DNA of 64,000 nt, from the NCBI GenBank assembly GCA_039621445.1, contig CP154954.1:30260395-30324394 (forward strand), given 5' to 3'. The translations under genes were made by a program, and so were the position numbers. The stretch comes from Euglena gracilis (Eukaryota). Below are positions 39,286 to 52,034 of the stretch, one piece after another. Each line of letters opens with the position of its first letter. Position 1 is the stretch's first letter. Under the pieces are notes generated by a model. The model was given only the letters and a program-made list of their open reading frames with translations, was not told the origin of the DNA and made no database searches.

Positions 39286-40002
39286 AACCCCCCTGGATAA
39301 GCCCCCCCCCTTTGGACTCTGCCATTTCGGCCAAAAAATGTCAATTTTCAAAATATCTCCAAAATGAAGCCAAGTCAAAGGAAATGTCCGGAGACCTAAT
39401 TTGAAGCCCTTGGAACGCCCCATCTACTGGTATTTTGATTTCCCCGCAACTCCCCGCCTGGCCCGAGATACGGCCGTTTTTTGGCCAATTTAGGCCATTT
39501 TAGGCCATTTTAGGCCATTTTGTACACTTTTTCCACTGTTTGACTCCGCCGTTTTCGGCCAAAAAATCGAAAAAAATCGAATTTTTTTTTTGCCCGAAAC
39601 GATGCTTTTGGCCTCCCGGACCCAGAAAAAACCTGTTTTTCAGCCGAAAACGAGCGTTTTCCGACCCGCCGGCGCCCTGTTTTGGGCCGCCGACCCATTG
39701 ACTTTGGGTCAAAACCGGGTCGAAAAAGTCGAAAAAAAAATCAAAAAATTTTTTTGGCCCGAAACGATGTTTTTTGGCCTCCTGGACCCAGAAAAACGGT
39801 TTTTGTGCCGAAAATGAGCGTTCTTCGACCCGCCAGCCCCCCGTTTTGCGCCACCCGCCGGGGCGCCGGGCCAGGCCAGGCGGCCGGACCGCCGGGCCGC
39901 CGGCCGGGCCGGGCCGCCGGCTGGGCCAGGCCGCCGGGCCGATGGCAGGCCGGGCCGGGCCGGGTTGGTCTCCCAAAGAGCACAGCTCTAAGTCACACCC
40001 TG
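37594..40002. mobile_element. TIR element CAGGGTGTGAC...GTCACACCCTG
   Basis: About 37-bp imperfect TIR ending GCTCTTTGGGAGACCA plus long inverted subterminal repeats; no TSD recognisable. Confidence 0.65.
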
Positions 40003-41907
40003 GTGACATATAGGGAGGGGGGTCACGTTAGGAATCACCCACACCAAATTAGGAATCACCAACCTCAAATTTGCCTGAAATTAGGAATCAGCCTTCTAAA
40101 TTTGGCTGTCTCGAGAACAAAATTTTGGTTCCAAAGTGGGACGCGGGGGGGGACGCTGGGGGGACGCGGGGGGGACGCGGGGGACCCCCAGAGTGCGTGT
40201 TGTAGTGGAAGGAATTGCTGATGCCCATGCCGTTGCGTGTGGTTGACATTGGCTGGCGAATTGCACCTGTTCCACACGTGACAAAGACTTGCTTAATTTT
40301 GACTGTCTTGCAGTGGCTAACTGAGAGTTCCACCATTTTTGGGATGTGTGTGGGCTTTGGAGATCAGGCGGGGAACTTGGGTTTGCTGCGGACCCCCCCA
40401 CCCCCCCATAATACAGGCCGAAACCTAGATGACACCGAGAAACTCAGAAAACAGCCCAAAACCCAACCACATCCGAAAACCCAAAACAACAACCTATAAC
40501 CCCAGATGGAAGCAAAAAAACCACACGCCCCCCAGAAACTCAAACCCAACCCAAACCCACCAGAACCCAGCCCAAAAAGCCGCAGACTCACACGAAAAAA
40601 CCAAAAAAAACAGCCCAAAAACCCCTCTCGCCTCCTTTAAAAAAGTTACTAGTGCTAGGGACATTTTTGCCAGTGGCAAAAGCTTTGAAAAAAATTGAAT
40701 GCACATTCTTGGTCATTTTTAGGGGCTTTTTGGTCATCTTTGCCAAAAAAAGATGACAAAATATGTTTGCAGTCCCGATCATAGTCCCGATCCACTTCAA
40801 AAACATTCAAGAGCAATGAAACAAAAAAACATGGAAAAATGAATTATCGTTAACATGGGGAAGAGGGGGGCGACGAGGGTGGAGGGATGAGGCCTGGGGG
40901 GGGGGGGGGACAGCCCACTAAAAACTCACCCATTCTGACCATCTCCCTTGGGAAAAAAAGGCACCCCCACCCGTGTCAGTTGGGGCGGGGGGTGAATTTG
41001 CCAGTGGGCGCCGAGCTTTGCTACACCTCTATCCGCCCTTTGCCATCAAAAGAACACCTGCCCCGGTGACTCAGCTTGCTTGCGACGGGCTCCCTTCACC
41101 AATGTGCCCTGCGAGAAGGGAATTGGCTGATTCAAATCGGATGTTCAAAAACTCTTTCCACAATGGACAAACCACAACACCTGTTTGGCAAACCAATCAC
41201 CTGGATGGGTGGGCGAAAGCGTCCAAAGAACAAAGCAATGACAAAACAGAACAAAAAATATTGTTTTTTTTTGGGTGTTGTTCAATTTCCACTTCACCCC
41301 CTAAGAATGCATACATTGTTTGTTCCACGCCACTGGGATTTCTCACTTCGAACTCTTAATTTTGCCCACAATAAGACATTTATGGATCCCCCCCATTTTT
41401 CAGCTTCAACCCAGAATGAGACAGGAGAGCGAAGCAGGCCAGCACACCCTTGGCGTCCAGGGTCGAAGACAAGATGTGAGCTGGAAACACTGCCCCAATG
41501 GTTCATACCCTGCCAACTGTCTCCGGACAGCAATCGCAGGCATGACGAAGACCACTCCACCATGGTGTGGTGCCACCACACGCAGCACAAAAATGGGCGC
41601 CATGAACACCACACCCATTTCAGTTGTATCCGTTCCACACGATTGCCCGGTTTCTTTTCATTTATCACCTTCTTTTCTTCTGAACCAGTGCAGGGGGGGG
41701 GAAATGCGCTGGGCGGCCCTCGGAAAAAATGCGCAAAAAATGCGCTGAGTTTGTACATTCCTAATGGAAAAAAGACTTAGAAAAATTTCCAACAATGAGC
41801 CCAAAATTAAACCAAAATCACCAAAAACAGCTGAAATGAAGGCATTTTTGGCCAAAAAAAGGCGTCACTCTCTGTTCAACATAACCAACAAGGTCAGCCA
41901 TGGCTCC

Positions 41908-44590
41908 CAGACCTGGCCTGGGGGGGGGGGGGGGGTAGTGGGCCGACCCTAGGGTCGGCCCAATACGACCCTAGGGTCGCTAGGGTCGCTAAAGTCGTTA
42001 AGGTCGACCCCCCCCCCAGGCTGTGGAGTGGGCCGACCCTAGGGTCGCCCGTCCTAGGGTCGTGGGCCGACCCTAGGGTCGACCCTAGGGTCGGCCCACC
42101 CCACGACCTCGCCCCCCCCCCAAAAAAAATGTGGAGAATTTTTTTTACCCATTTGAACAGGAATTCAAGTTGGACTTGAGGTTGGACTTGAGGTCGTTTT
42201 GGGGGGCAAGTCCCTTGTGTTTTGAAATTGTTTTGGGGGTAAATCCCTTGTGTTGTCCAACTGATCGAGGGCCCGAAAATAATAAAATCCCTTGTGTCTC
42301 CAAGTCGTTTTGGGGGGCAAATCCCTTGTGTTGTTCAACCGATCGAGGGCCCCAAAATAATAAAATCCCTTGTGTCTCCAAGTCGTTTTGGGGGGCAAAT
42401 CCCTTGTGGTTCCAAATCGTTTTGGGGGTAAATCCGTTGTGTTGTTCAATTGATCGAGGGCCCCAAAATAATAAAATCCCTTGTATCTCCAAGTCGTTTT
42501 GGGGCAAATCCCTTGTGTCTCCAAGTCGTTTTGGGGGGCAAATCCCTTGTGTTGTTCAACCGATCGAGGGCCCCAAAATAATAAAATCCCTTGTGTCTCC
42601 AAGTCGTTTTGGGGGGCAAATCCCTTGTGGTTCCAAATCGTTTTGGGGGGTAAATCCGTTGTGTTGTTCAATTGATCGAGGGCCCCAAAATAATAAAATC
42701 CCTTGTATCTCCAAGTCGTTTTGGGGGGCAAGTCCCTTGTGTTTCCAAGTTGTTTTGGGGGGTAAATGCGTTGTGTTGTTCAATTGATCGAGGGCCCCAA
42801 AATAATAAAATCCCTTGTGTCTCCGAGTCGTTTTGGGGGCAAATCCCTTGTGGTTCCAAATCGTTTTGGGGGTAAATCCGTTGTGTTGTTCAACCGATCG
42901 AGGGCCCCAAAATAATAAATCCCTTGTGTCTCCAAGTCGTTTTGGGGGGCAAATCCCTTGTGTTTCCAAGTCGTTTTGGGGGGGCAAATCCCTTGTGTTG
43001 TTCAACCGATCGAGGGCCCCAAAATAATAAAATCCCTTGTGTCTCCGAGTCGTTTTGGGGGGCAAATCCCTTGTGTTTTGAAATTGTTTTGGGGGCAAAT
43101 CCCTTGTGTTGTCCAACTGATCGAGGGCCCCAAAATAATAAAATCCCTTGTGTTTCCAAGTCGTTTTGGGGGGCAAATCCCTTGTGTTGCCAAGTCGTTT
43201 TGGGGGGGAAATCCCTTGTGTTGTCCAACCGATCGAGGGCCCCAAAATAATAAAAATCCCTTGTGTCTCCAAGTCGTTTTGGGGGGCAAATCCCTTGTGT
43301 TGCCAAGTCGTTTTGGGCGGCAAATCCCTTGTGTTGTTCAACCGATCGAGGGCCCCAAAATAATAAAATCCCTTGTGTCTCCAAGTCGTTTTGGGGGGCA
43401 AATCCCTTGTGTTTCCAAGTCGTTTTGGGGGGCAAATCCCTTGTGTCTCCAAGTCGTTTTGGGGGGGAAATCCCTTGTGTTGTCCAACCGATCAAGGGCC
43501 CCAAAATAATAAAAATCCCTTGTGTCTCCAAGTCGTTTTGGGGGGGCAAATCCCTTGTGTTGCCAAGTCGTTTTGGGCGGCAAATCCCTTGTGTTGTTCA
43601 ACCGATCGAGGGCCCCAAAATAATAAAATCCCTTGTGTCTCCAAGTCGTTTTGGGGGGCAAATCCCTTGTGGTTCCAAATCGTTTTGGGGGTAAATCCGT
43701 TGTGTTGTTCAATTGATCGAGGGCCCCAAAATAATAAAATCCCTTGTGTCTCCAAGTCGTTTTGGGGGGCAAGTCCCTTGTGTTTCCAAGTTGTTTTGGG
43801 GGGTAAATCCCTTGTGTTGTCCAACTAATCGAGGGCCCAAAATAAAAAAAACCCCTTGTGTCTCCAAGTCGTTTTGGGGGGCAAGTCCCTTGTGTTGTTC
43901 AACCGATCGAGGGCCCCAAAATAATAAAATCCCTTGTGTCTCCAAGTCGTTTTGGGGGGGAAATCCCTTGTGTCTCCAAGTCGTTTTGGGGGGCAAATCC
44001 CTTGTGTTGTTCAACCGATCGAGGGCCCCAAAATAATAAAATCCCTTGTGTCTCCAAGTCGTTTGGGGGGGCAAATCCCTTGTGGTTCCAAATCGTTTTG
44101 GGGGTAAATCCGTTGTGTTGTTCAATTGATCGAGGGCCCATAAATAACAAAATCCCTTGTGTCTCCAAGTCGTTTTGGGGGGCAAGTCCGTTGTGTTTTC
44201 AAATCATTTTGGGGGGGCAAATCCCTTGTGTTGCTCAACCGTTCAAGGGCCCCAAAATCACCAAATCCCTTATGTCACGTAGTGATTTTGGGGTGTATTT
44301 TAGCATCAGTAATCAATATTAATTTTTCTTAGTTTTGTTTTCTTTGTATTTGAAGGCCTAAAACATCAAAAAAAAATTCGAAATTTTTTTGATAGGGGGG
44401 GCGAGGTCGTGGGGTGGGCCGACCCTAGGGTCGACCCTAGGGTCGGCCCACGACCCTAGGATGGGCGACCCTAGGGTCGGCCCACTGCGACCCTAGCGAC
44501 CTTAGCGACTTTAGCGACTTTAGCGACCCTAGGGTCGTATTGGGCCGACCCTAGGGTCGGCCCACTACCCCCCCCCCCAGGCCAGATCTA
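41908..44590. mobile_element. foldback-like element with about 200-bp inverted arms made of GACCCTAGGGTC palindromes
   Basis: 41908-42130 is the reverse complement of about 44386-44590; 11-bp direct repeat GTCAGCCATGG at 41893-41903 and 44597-44607. Confidence 0.75.
42193..44270. repeat. compound minisatellite of about 34-bp and 44-bp monomers sharing the prefix AAATCCCTTGTGT
   Basis: A: aaatcccttgtgtctccaagtcgttttggggggc; B: aaatcccttgtgttgttcaaccgatcgagggccccaaaataata; interspersed as AB and AAB units. Confidence 0.95.
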
Positions 44591-45125
44591 CCCCCCGTCA
44601 GCCATGGTGTCTCTTACTTGTGACCAGGGGAGTAGGATTCAATGCGGGGTCTCTGGAAACCCTAATGTCCTCATCATCATTGGATGAATACCCACACCTC
44701 ATCACCCAAAGCTTTTTTTTGAATATGGACAAAATGCCTCCAAAAGTGTAAAAAAAGGTGGGAAAATGGAAAAAATGCGCAAAAAAATTCTTTCAAAAAG
44801 GGGCAGAACAGAGCACAAATCAAACAACATAACTCAGCGTCAATGCAACATTGGTCAAGGAGCAATTTAATAATATACAATCAAAATCAAAAACACCAAA
44901 ATGAAACTGCAACATGTAAAAAAAGCCAGAAATTCTTAAGATGCAAAAAAATGCGCGAAAAAATCGAAAAAAAATGCGCAAAAAATGCGAAAAAATGTGC
45001 ATTTTCCCAAAAATCCGGAAAATGCGCAAAAATGCGAAACGCATTTCCCCCCCCTGCCAGTGCAGCGGATCGTTTTGGACCGGGGAAACGCTGGCAGTGG
45101 GACGGGGGCGAGATGGGGTAGGGAC

Positions 45126-45234
45126 GCGGTGCGGCGTAGACCAGGCTGTGCAGGGCGGGGCTGCCGAACAGCTCCAGCCCCTCGTCCTCGCTGCGCAGGT
45201 GGGGCAGGCTCCCCCGGCGGCGGGCAAAGCGGTC
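45126..45234 (-). CDS. isolated exon, 3' boundary uncertain
   Basis: gccccctcgcag|GAC acceptor; reads DRFARRRGSLPHLRSEDEGLELFGSPALHSLVYAAP with very high GC3. Linkage to the SIN1-like gene is not demonstrated. Confidence 0.5.
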
Positions 45235-45990
45235 CTGCGAGGGGGCGGGCAAACAGGGCAGTCCAGAAATGAAGCAAAAAAGACCAGGGTGAGCTCCGGG
45301 CGCTGGAAATTCTTTGGGAATGCACCAAGACGTCCCAATATTGGGGGGGGGGGGCACAGGCAATTTGAAAATTATTGGCCTTTTCCTTGCACAATAATCC
45401 GGGAAAAAAACTGATTTTCTAGGCTTTGCCATGGCAGCTGGATTGGGGATCTGAATTGGTTTGAGTTGAATTGGTTTGAGGGACACCTGTGGAGGTCATC
45501 TAGCACCTATGGTCATCCAGAGTCCCAGGCCCAATCGTGCCCAGTCACCCCCAGCACGCCAACAGAGATCCCAACCATCCCAACTTTGAGGGAGGTTGTT
45601 TGGTTGGCCATTTGTTGTTTGGCCACATTCTGGCGTTCTTTGCCCACTTTTTGCCCACTTTTAGCCCACTTTGGGCTGCTTCAACTTCTGGCTGTCACGA
45701 CACCCTAACCCTAACGCTGGCCGCTTTTTTGCTGGGGGTCCACGACTAAAAAAAACCCCTGGTTCGGATACTTTTTGCTGGTTTTGACAATTCTTGGCCA
45801 ATTTCGCCAACGTTTGGTTGTTTGCTTTTGACTGCTTTTAGCAGCTTTCTGAAGCCTTTTGAGGACACTCTTGCCAACTCTTTTTTGCTCAGTGGCCAAC
45901 AATGGCCCCAAAGTGGCCAAAAGAAGCTAAAAAATGGCCTGAAAATCGCCCAGTCACAGAATGCAACATACGGGGGCCGTCAGTCAAAGC

Positions 45991-46438
45991 CAGGCTTTTG
46001 CTTAAGGGCCCCGGGGGGGGGGGGGTGCTGGCTAGCCAATCGGCTAGACACTGGAAAAAGTGGACTAGCTAGACCCCCCCTCCCCCCACTAGGGGGGGGG
46101 GGGTCCGGGGGTCCCCTGGACTGGGAATTTTTTTTTCCTCCAGCGCACAGCGCCGGAGGAAAAATGAGGTTTTTAACAGGTTTTTGGCTGATTTTGTTCC
46201 AAAAATTCCCCAAAATGGCCAAAATGGGCATTTTTGGCCATTTTTGGGGGGTCCCAAAAAAAATTTTGGCGCTTCGCGCCGGTCACTGGAAAATTTTTTT
46301 CCACTAGCTAGCCCTGCTAGCAGACCCCCTCCGGGGGGGGGTCTGCTAGAAAACCCACTAGCCAAATTTGGACTAGCTGCAGTCCAGCCCCCCCCGGGGG
46401 GGGGGGGGGGGTACTGCAATCCCTTAAGCAAAAGCCTG
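45991..46438. mobile_element. hAT-like MITE (TIR CAGGCTTTTGCTTAAGGG), 8-bp TSD
   Basis: Perfect 18-bp TIR; TSD GTCAAAGC at 45983-45990 and 46439-46446. Confidence 0.9.
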
Positions 46439-48814
46439 GTCAAAGCCACTCCTGCCCAGTCATTTCATAGGTGCTTGGAGGTCATCCAATCGAGCCGATG
46501 GGTGTCATTGCAAAAGCTCCGGATCAAAATCAACATTTTTAATCCTCCCCTCCAAGCTGCCTCCTGTCAGAATTTCACAATACCCAACTTTCTTGACCTA
46601 CTGCAAGAATTTTACCAAAATTACCAAAACACTGAAAACCTTGAATCAACTCATCCAGGGTTTTTTTTTTAAAACCGGGTGGGAGGGGTTGGCACCCACC
46701 CACCCCCAGAGGTGAGCCCCCCCTGGGGGGGGGCCCACCCACTTTTGCCCGAAAATAGCCAAAAAATGCCAAAAATAGCACCTTTTCAAAAATTTTCGGC
46801 GCCAAAAAAGATGTACCCACCAGCCCGTACCCCAACCCCCCGGGGGGGATCCAAGGGACAAGCCAAGGCTCTACGGGGAAGGCAGGTGGGGGAAGTCGAA
46901 TCCCCCCCCCAGGCAAAGCCGGGTTGCTGGGTCGAGCCCTCCCAACCATACAATTGCTTACCGACCCCCCCCGGGGGGGGGGGGAGGGGGGGTCACTCCA
47001 CTTTTTTAAAAACCAGTCAGTCACTCATTTTCAAAAAACCAGCCAGTCGGCCACTCAGAAAAACGGCCACTTTCCAGTCACTTTAGGCCCAAAATTTTTT
47101 TCCGGCGCCTTCGGTCACTCAAGCCACTTTTGCCCACTCCTGGCCGACCCCCCCCCCGGGGGGGGGGGGAGGGGTCCGGGCCAAAAACCAGTCAGTCACT
47201 CTGAAAAAACCAGTCACCCACCCCCGCGGGGGGGGGGGGGGTCGGTCAGTGCTTAAGCAATTGCCTGCACCCAACCCACCACAGCACCAAACAAACGAAT
47301 CATTATCCAAAACAGTGTTCCAATCTAGCGGGCTTGCCATTCAGGAGCTGGGGCCGTGGCTGCAGCATCGCCCAGCATCGGAACCCCACCTCTGGTCTCC
47401 AAAAATCCAGCATCGCCCAGCATCATCAGAGGTGCTTGCTGATGCTGAACATGATACCCACTGGAGGGGAAAATCCCCCGTCCACAGAGCACATGCATTT
47501 GGCTCTCAGCAAAACCATTTGCACGAAAACATTTTGTGGGCTTTCTTTCCTTTCCTTTTGGTGCAACGCACGGCAATCTGGAACTGATTTCCTGGGCTTT
47601 GCCATTGTGCCGAAATTGGGGATCTGAATTGGTCTGAGGGTCACCTGTGGAGGTCATCCAATCGAGCCGATGGGTGTCATTGCAAAAGCTCCGGATCAAA
47701 ATCAACATAATCAATCCTCTCTTCCAAGCTGATTCATTTCACAATCCCCATGAGCTGGATCAACTAACTCATCCTTGCCTGGATGAGCCAGGGCTGGTAC
47801 GGGGAAGGCGGGTGGGGGAAATTGAGCCCTCTCCAGGCAAAGCCACCCAACCCACCACAGCACCACACACAAACGAATCATTATCCAAAACAGCATTCCC
47901 GCCAGTCCAGCGTGCTTGCCATTCAGGAGGAGGGGCCGTGGCTGCCGGTGGAGGTCATCCAATCGAGCCTATGGGTGTCATTGCAGAGCTCCGGGCCAAA
48001 CAGCAAAGCTAATCCTCCCTCCCACCACACTGGCAGCCGTGGATGGCCGCCCCACCCGTTTTCTGTGGCCCTGGAGGGACGGATGCTGATCAGCCAGGGG
48101 AATCATTGTGCCATCACAGTGTGAACTCTGGTGTTGAGAAATATGATGTGCATCATGCAAACTTTTGCGCCTTGTCGGCTGTCAGTCCACCCAATGCCAA
48201 TTCAGGGTAACTGCATGTGAACAAACATCTGGGGCAAGACAATTGCGTTCTTGAAGGGACAATCCATCTCAAGCCATTGGGGCCATCAGACTCCAGACTC
48301 CGTACATGAATCACAATTCATTTCGGTGGTGTGCAACGGTGGTGGTCATCACAAGGCACAGCGGCCACACATCTGGGGATGAATCCACCTGAACAAGTGG
48401 GGGATGTCCAGCCTTGTGGGGGGGGGGGGGGCTGTGAAATGGTCGCCTCCGGGGGGGTTTGGCGTGGCGAGGGGGGCCCGGATGGGGGGGGAGGGGTGCG
48501 CGGGGGTTTTCCAAGAAAATTTTCTTTGGCGCGGCTGACATGGCGTGGCAAGGGGGTCGGGAAGGGGGTGGGAGGGGGTAAAATGGCATGGCGAGGGGGT
48601 CGGTGAGGGGGGGGGAGGGGTGTGCCGACCCCCCCCCAGGACAGCTCAAAACCCCAGAACACACCCAAACCAAAAACCCAGAGCACACCAAAAAACCTCT
48701 TCATTGGAAATACGTGGACGAACTTCACCGGTGAACTTCACCGGTGAACTTCACCAGGGAAGTTTCTCCATGAAATTCCTTTAGGGGCAGAGCCCCCAAC
48801 CCCTGCCAAACCTC

Positions 48815-49569
48815 CTTTGTGCAGCTTGAATCAATGTGCAATCTTCCAGCCATTGCGGCAATGGAGCAACGGGTCCCAAAAGTGTCACAGCTTCTTGGAA
48901 GCAAGCAAGAGCATCCACTGGGGCGCGTTGGAAGGCTGATGGGATGCCCAAAGTATCAGGACCCCTCCTGATGTGAACAATTCCGGCAATGCGGGCTGGT
49001 ACTCTAACAGAGCTGGGATCTGAAATACCCAAGCCAACCAGGCGGATGGGAAGGGTGATTTGTTCCCACCGTTGTGGAGTACAGGGTGCTCCCAATAGAC
49101 CCTCGAAGCAATTGCGCAGGGTGGTGCAAGTGCTGAAGGCTGCGCATTCGGGACGACCCATCGACAATGAGGAGGCAGGAATTCGCAGGAGAACAGGCAA
49201 CGCCGAGTATCTTGCTCCATAGCTGGCGTTTTTTTTTGTTTTTTTTATTAAAAAAAAACGGGCAAAAAAAACGGCAAAAAAAACAAAGGGGAAAATGATG
49301 GTCCAAATTTTGCCTTTGATCGCAAGGGTGAACCAATCTTGAGAGAGGACAGCCTTCAGGAAGGCCCAAAGGGAGTGTAAGGTCAGCCATCTTGGATTTG
49401 CATTAAAGTTCCGTAATAATGTCACAAAAGTGCAAGTGACCTGGACAACTGACCCACGAGGAATGTGCACCAAGGTGGGCCCCAAACCAATTTCTTCAAA
49501 AGAAGGCGACAATGCTGCCCCGCCATCTGGGAATGCCCCCGGGGAAACAGAGCAAGACATAGCTGGCAC
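48815..49569 (-). mobile_element. decayed CRE-like non-LTR fragments
   Basis: TLVHIPR..LWAFLKAVL and WEQITLPIRLVGLGI..PLPQWLED (LPxxxGGLG post-RT motif). Confidence 0.7.
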
Positions 49570-49757
49570 TTCGTTTAAACGAAGTCAAAAAAAAACACGT
49601 TTTTTGGCCGTGCCAACCCCCCCTTCAAAAATCGGCCAAAAACCGGCGCCGAAAGCGCCGGGAAAAAAGTTTTAAGGCCTTTTTTTGGGTCTAAAAGGCC
49701 ATTTTTGGTGTCAAATTTTCATCTGTCTGGGGGGGGGGGGGTCCCGAAAATCCCAAC

Positions 49758-51015
49758 TGAAACCGTGTTCAATCCACGATGTACAGCGTCGTGGAAAACC
49801 GTGTTCAGTTCACGTGTACAGCAAAAAAACGTGTTCTGAACACGTTTTTTGACGCCGTACACCTGGACGAACACGGTTTTCTGTGCAAAAAAAAAGTGTT
49901 CTGAATACGGTTTTCGACACCGTACACGCGTTCAGAACACGGTTTTCTGTGAGAAAACCGTGTTCTGAACACGTTTTCTGGCACCGTACACGTGGACGAA
50001 CACGGTTTTCTGCCAGGAAACCGTGTTCACTGTGAAATGTGAAAAAATGTGTGATTACTGAGACCGTGAGAGGGATGATCGCAAACAAGGAGAATGGGCT
50101 CCCTTCCATCCGGCAGCTTTCTCGTCCAAAGCCTTCGCTGCCAGAGGGGCAAAGAAGGCTGGGGAGGAGGCCACAATTGGTGGGCCGTTGCGATCTGACA
50201 CCCTGTATTCAAACACAAGGGAATTCAGGTACGCACGAAAGGACGAAATTGGCATGGAACGAACACGAATATTGGTGCCAGCCCTCTCTGTACGTACAGC
50301 AACGCATGCCAACTGCTGCTGAGGAGTTGAGTACAACTCCCGAGCATCAATACACCAGCGTGCCCACCCCAAAAAAACATACGTCCTGGCGTACTGTGTA
50401 CTGGTGTACGTGGCGTGCTGCACCCCATGGGCTGCGCATACCCCCATGTACTCTGTGAAACAATTTAGGGCAGCCATTCGTTCCCGACGGTAATCTTTTA
50501 CTGAGGTATTTCACCAAGCAAAGCGTCAACTTCCTCAGCTGGAGAGTTCACCTTTTGGAGGGCATCCACAAACTCCTTTACCGAGGGAGGGGAGGGCATC
50601 TGGCACTCAGCGAGGTTAGCCAGGCGCAACATGGCTGAGAACGAAGAAAGCAGGAGAGGAAAAGGGGGGAAATCCAAAAGTGAACACGTTTTTTGACGCC
50701 GTACACGTGGACGAACACGGTTTTCTGTGAGAAAACCGTGTTCTGAACACATTTTTTGACACCGTACACGTGTTCAGAACACGGTTTTCCGTGAGAAAAC
50801 CGTGTTCTGAACACGTTTTCTGACACCGTACACGTGGACGAACACGGTTTTCTGCCAGAAAACCGTGATCTGAAAACGTTTTTTGTCAAAAAGCGTGTTG
50901 CCCCATTTTCGTACATGTGTTCACTATAATCGCATTTTTTTTTGCGCGAATCACGTGGACTTGAACACGGTTTTCCACATGACGCTGTACATCGTGGACT
51001 ACGAACACGGTTTCA
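49758..51015. mobile_element. TIR element with many GAAAACCGTGTTC / GAACACGGTTTTC subterminal repeats
   Basis: Inverted ends of about 55 bp (tgaaaccgtgttc...ccacgatgtacagcgtc); about 650-bp unique core with decayed coding-like sequence. Confidence 0.7.
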
Positions 51016-51289
51016 ATTTTGTTTCGTGATCTGATTCCGCTTTTTCACAAAAAAACGGGGGCGCCTTCAGCGCCCCCGGTTTTTTGGTGAAAAAGCGGGA
51101 TCAGATCACGAAACACTTTACAGTACAGGGGGGGAGGGGGGGGTCCCCCAAAAACCCCAACTGTACTGCCGTCTCCCCATTGGGCGCACGTAGATCGGAA
51201 GGTTGCAGAGCGTGCCTGTACGTACCTCCAACATCCCAGTAAAAATCCGCATTGCCAGAGCCACCTCCACCACCTGCGCGCACTCGTCT

Positions 51290-51610
51290 TGTAGCCTGAA
51301 ATGAAGAAAGTGTCGACAAGGAGCGCCTTCTCAACCGGGTCGAAACTCTTGTCGGACACAGTGCCATCTCCGAGGCATGTCGTGCCACATGGAAAACTGT
51401 GCTGATGGCGCGACCACTTCGCCCATCAGCACTACTCTCCGGGGATGTGCAACCAAATCCAGGCCCGGCAACAAGCAGCAATGCCGTTCCACAAGCAGCA
51501 CCCCTCCACCGCGCCTGCCCTTTCTTCCTCAGTTGCACATTTCAAACCTTTGATGAAGCAGCCATGCAACATCATGTTGATCGGATTCACGTATCCAGAG
51601 CGCAAATTCC
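51290..51610 (+). mobile_element. non-LTR retroelement fragment with 2A-like peptide and C2H2 zinc finger
   Basis: LLSGDVQPNPGP (51432-51467), then CPFFLSCTFQTFDEAAMQHHVDRIH. Confidence 0.6.
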
Positions 51611-51629
51611 GAAGAGACTTTGGCCGATT

Positions 51630-52034
51630 GCCATCCTGCCATGTGGCCAGCAGCAGGTCGGCGGGCCGTAGAGAGGTATTTGGCTGATTGGGTACCGGAA
51701 CCTCACGCTGGACACTTTGGCTGTTTGTGGACAAGAGGTTGAATGAAGCGTCCTGGACGGCGTTGTGTTTGTTGGCAAAATTATTCCGGATGCAGCACAT
51801 CTCGTGGTCACCGTGGACGTCAGTGACGCTCTGGCATCCTGCGCACGTGCCGCTTAAGTCTGCCAGAGGCAGCCCCAACCACCATTTCAGCCCGATGCGG
51901 TAGTCTTCAGCATCAATCGTCGTGTGGAGGGCCTCGTGGGGTGCCACTGCCATCCATCCATGACCGACACCATGGGCCTGTTCCATCAGGCGGGCCTGGT
52001 CTCTCGGCAAGGTTCGGTTTAGCAGGCCGTCCAC
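51630..52034 (-). mobile_element. CRE-clade (RLE) non-LTR retrotransposon C-terminal fragment
   Basis: WMAVAP..LKWWLGLPL..CAGC..DVHGDHEMCC..KHNAVQD..REV..LRPADLLL: CCHC knuckle plus PD-(D/E)xK endonuclease pattern. Confidence 0.85.

Larger units (their letters stand above)
41691..45056. mobile_element. same family as 30415-30997, expanded by nested insertions
   Basis: TIR cagG(n)aaatgcg / cgcatttC(n)tg; CCAGTG on both flanks. Confidence 0.7.

Noticed and set aside
42193-44270. CRISPR-like array (constant AAATCCCTTGTGT plus variable segments) and its many ORFs
   Set aside because: The would-be spacers are themselves a few recurring monomers, there are no cas genes, and the context is eukaryotic; the ORFs are repeat artefacts.
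45704-45715. Telomeric CCCTAA repeat
   Set aside because: Only two units.
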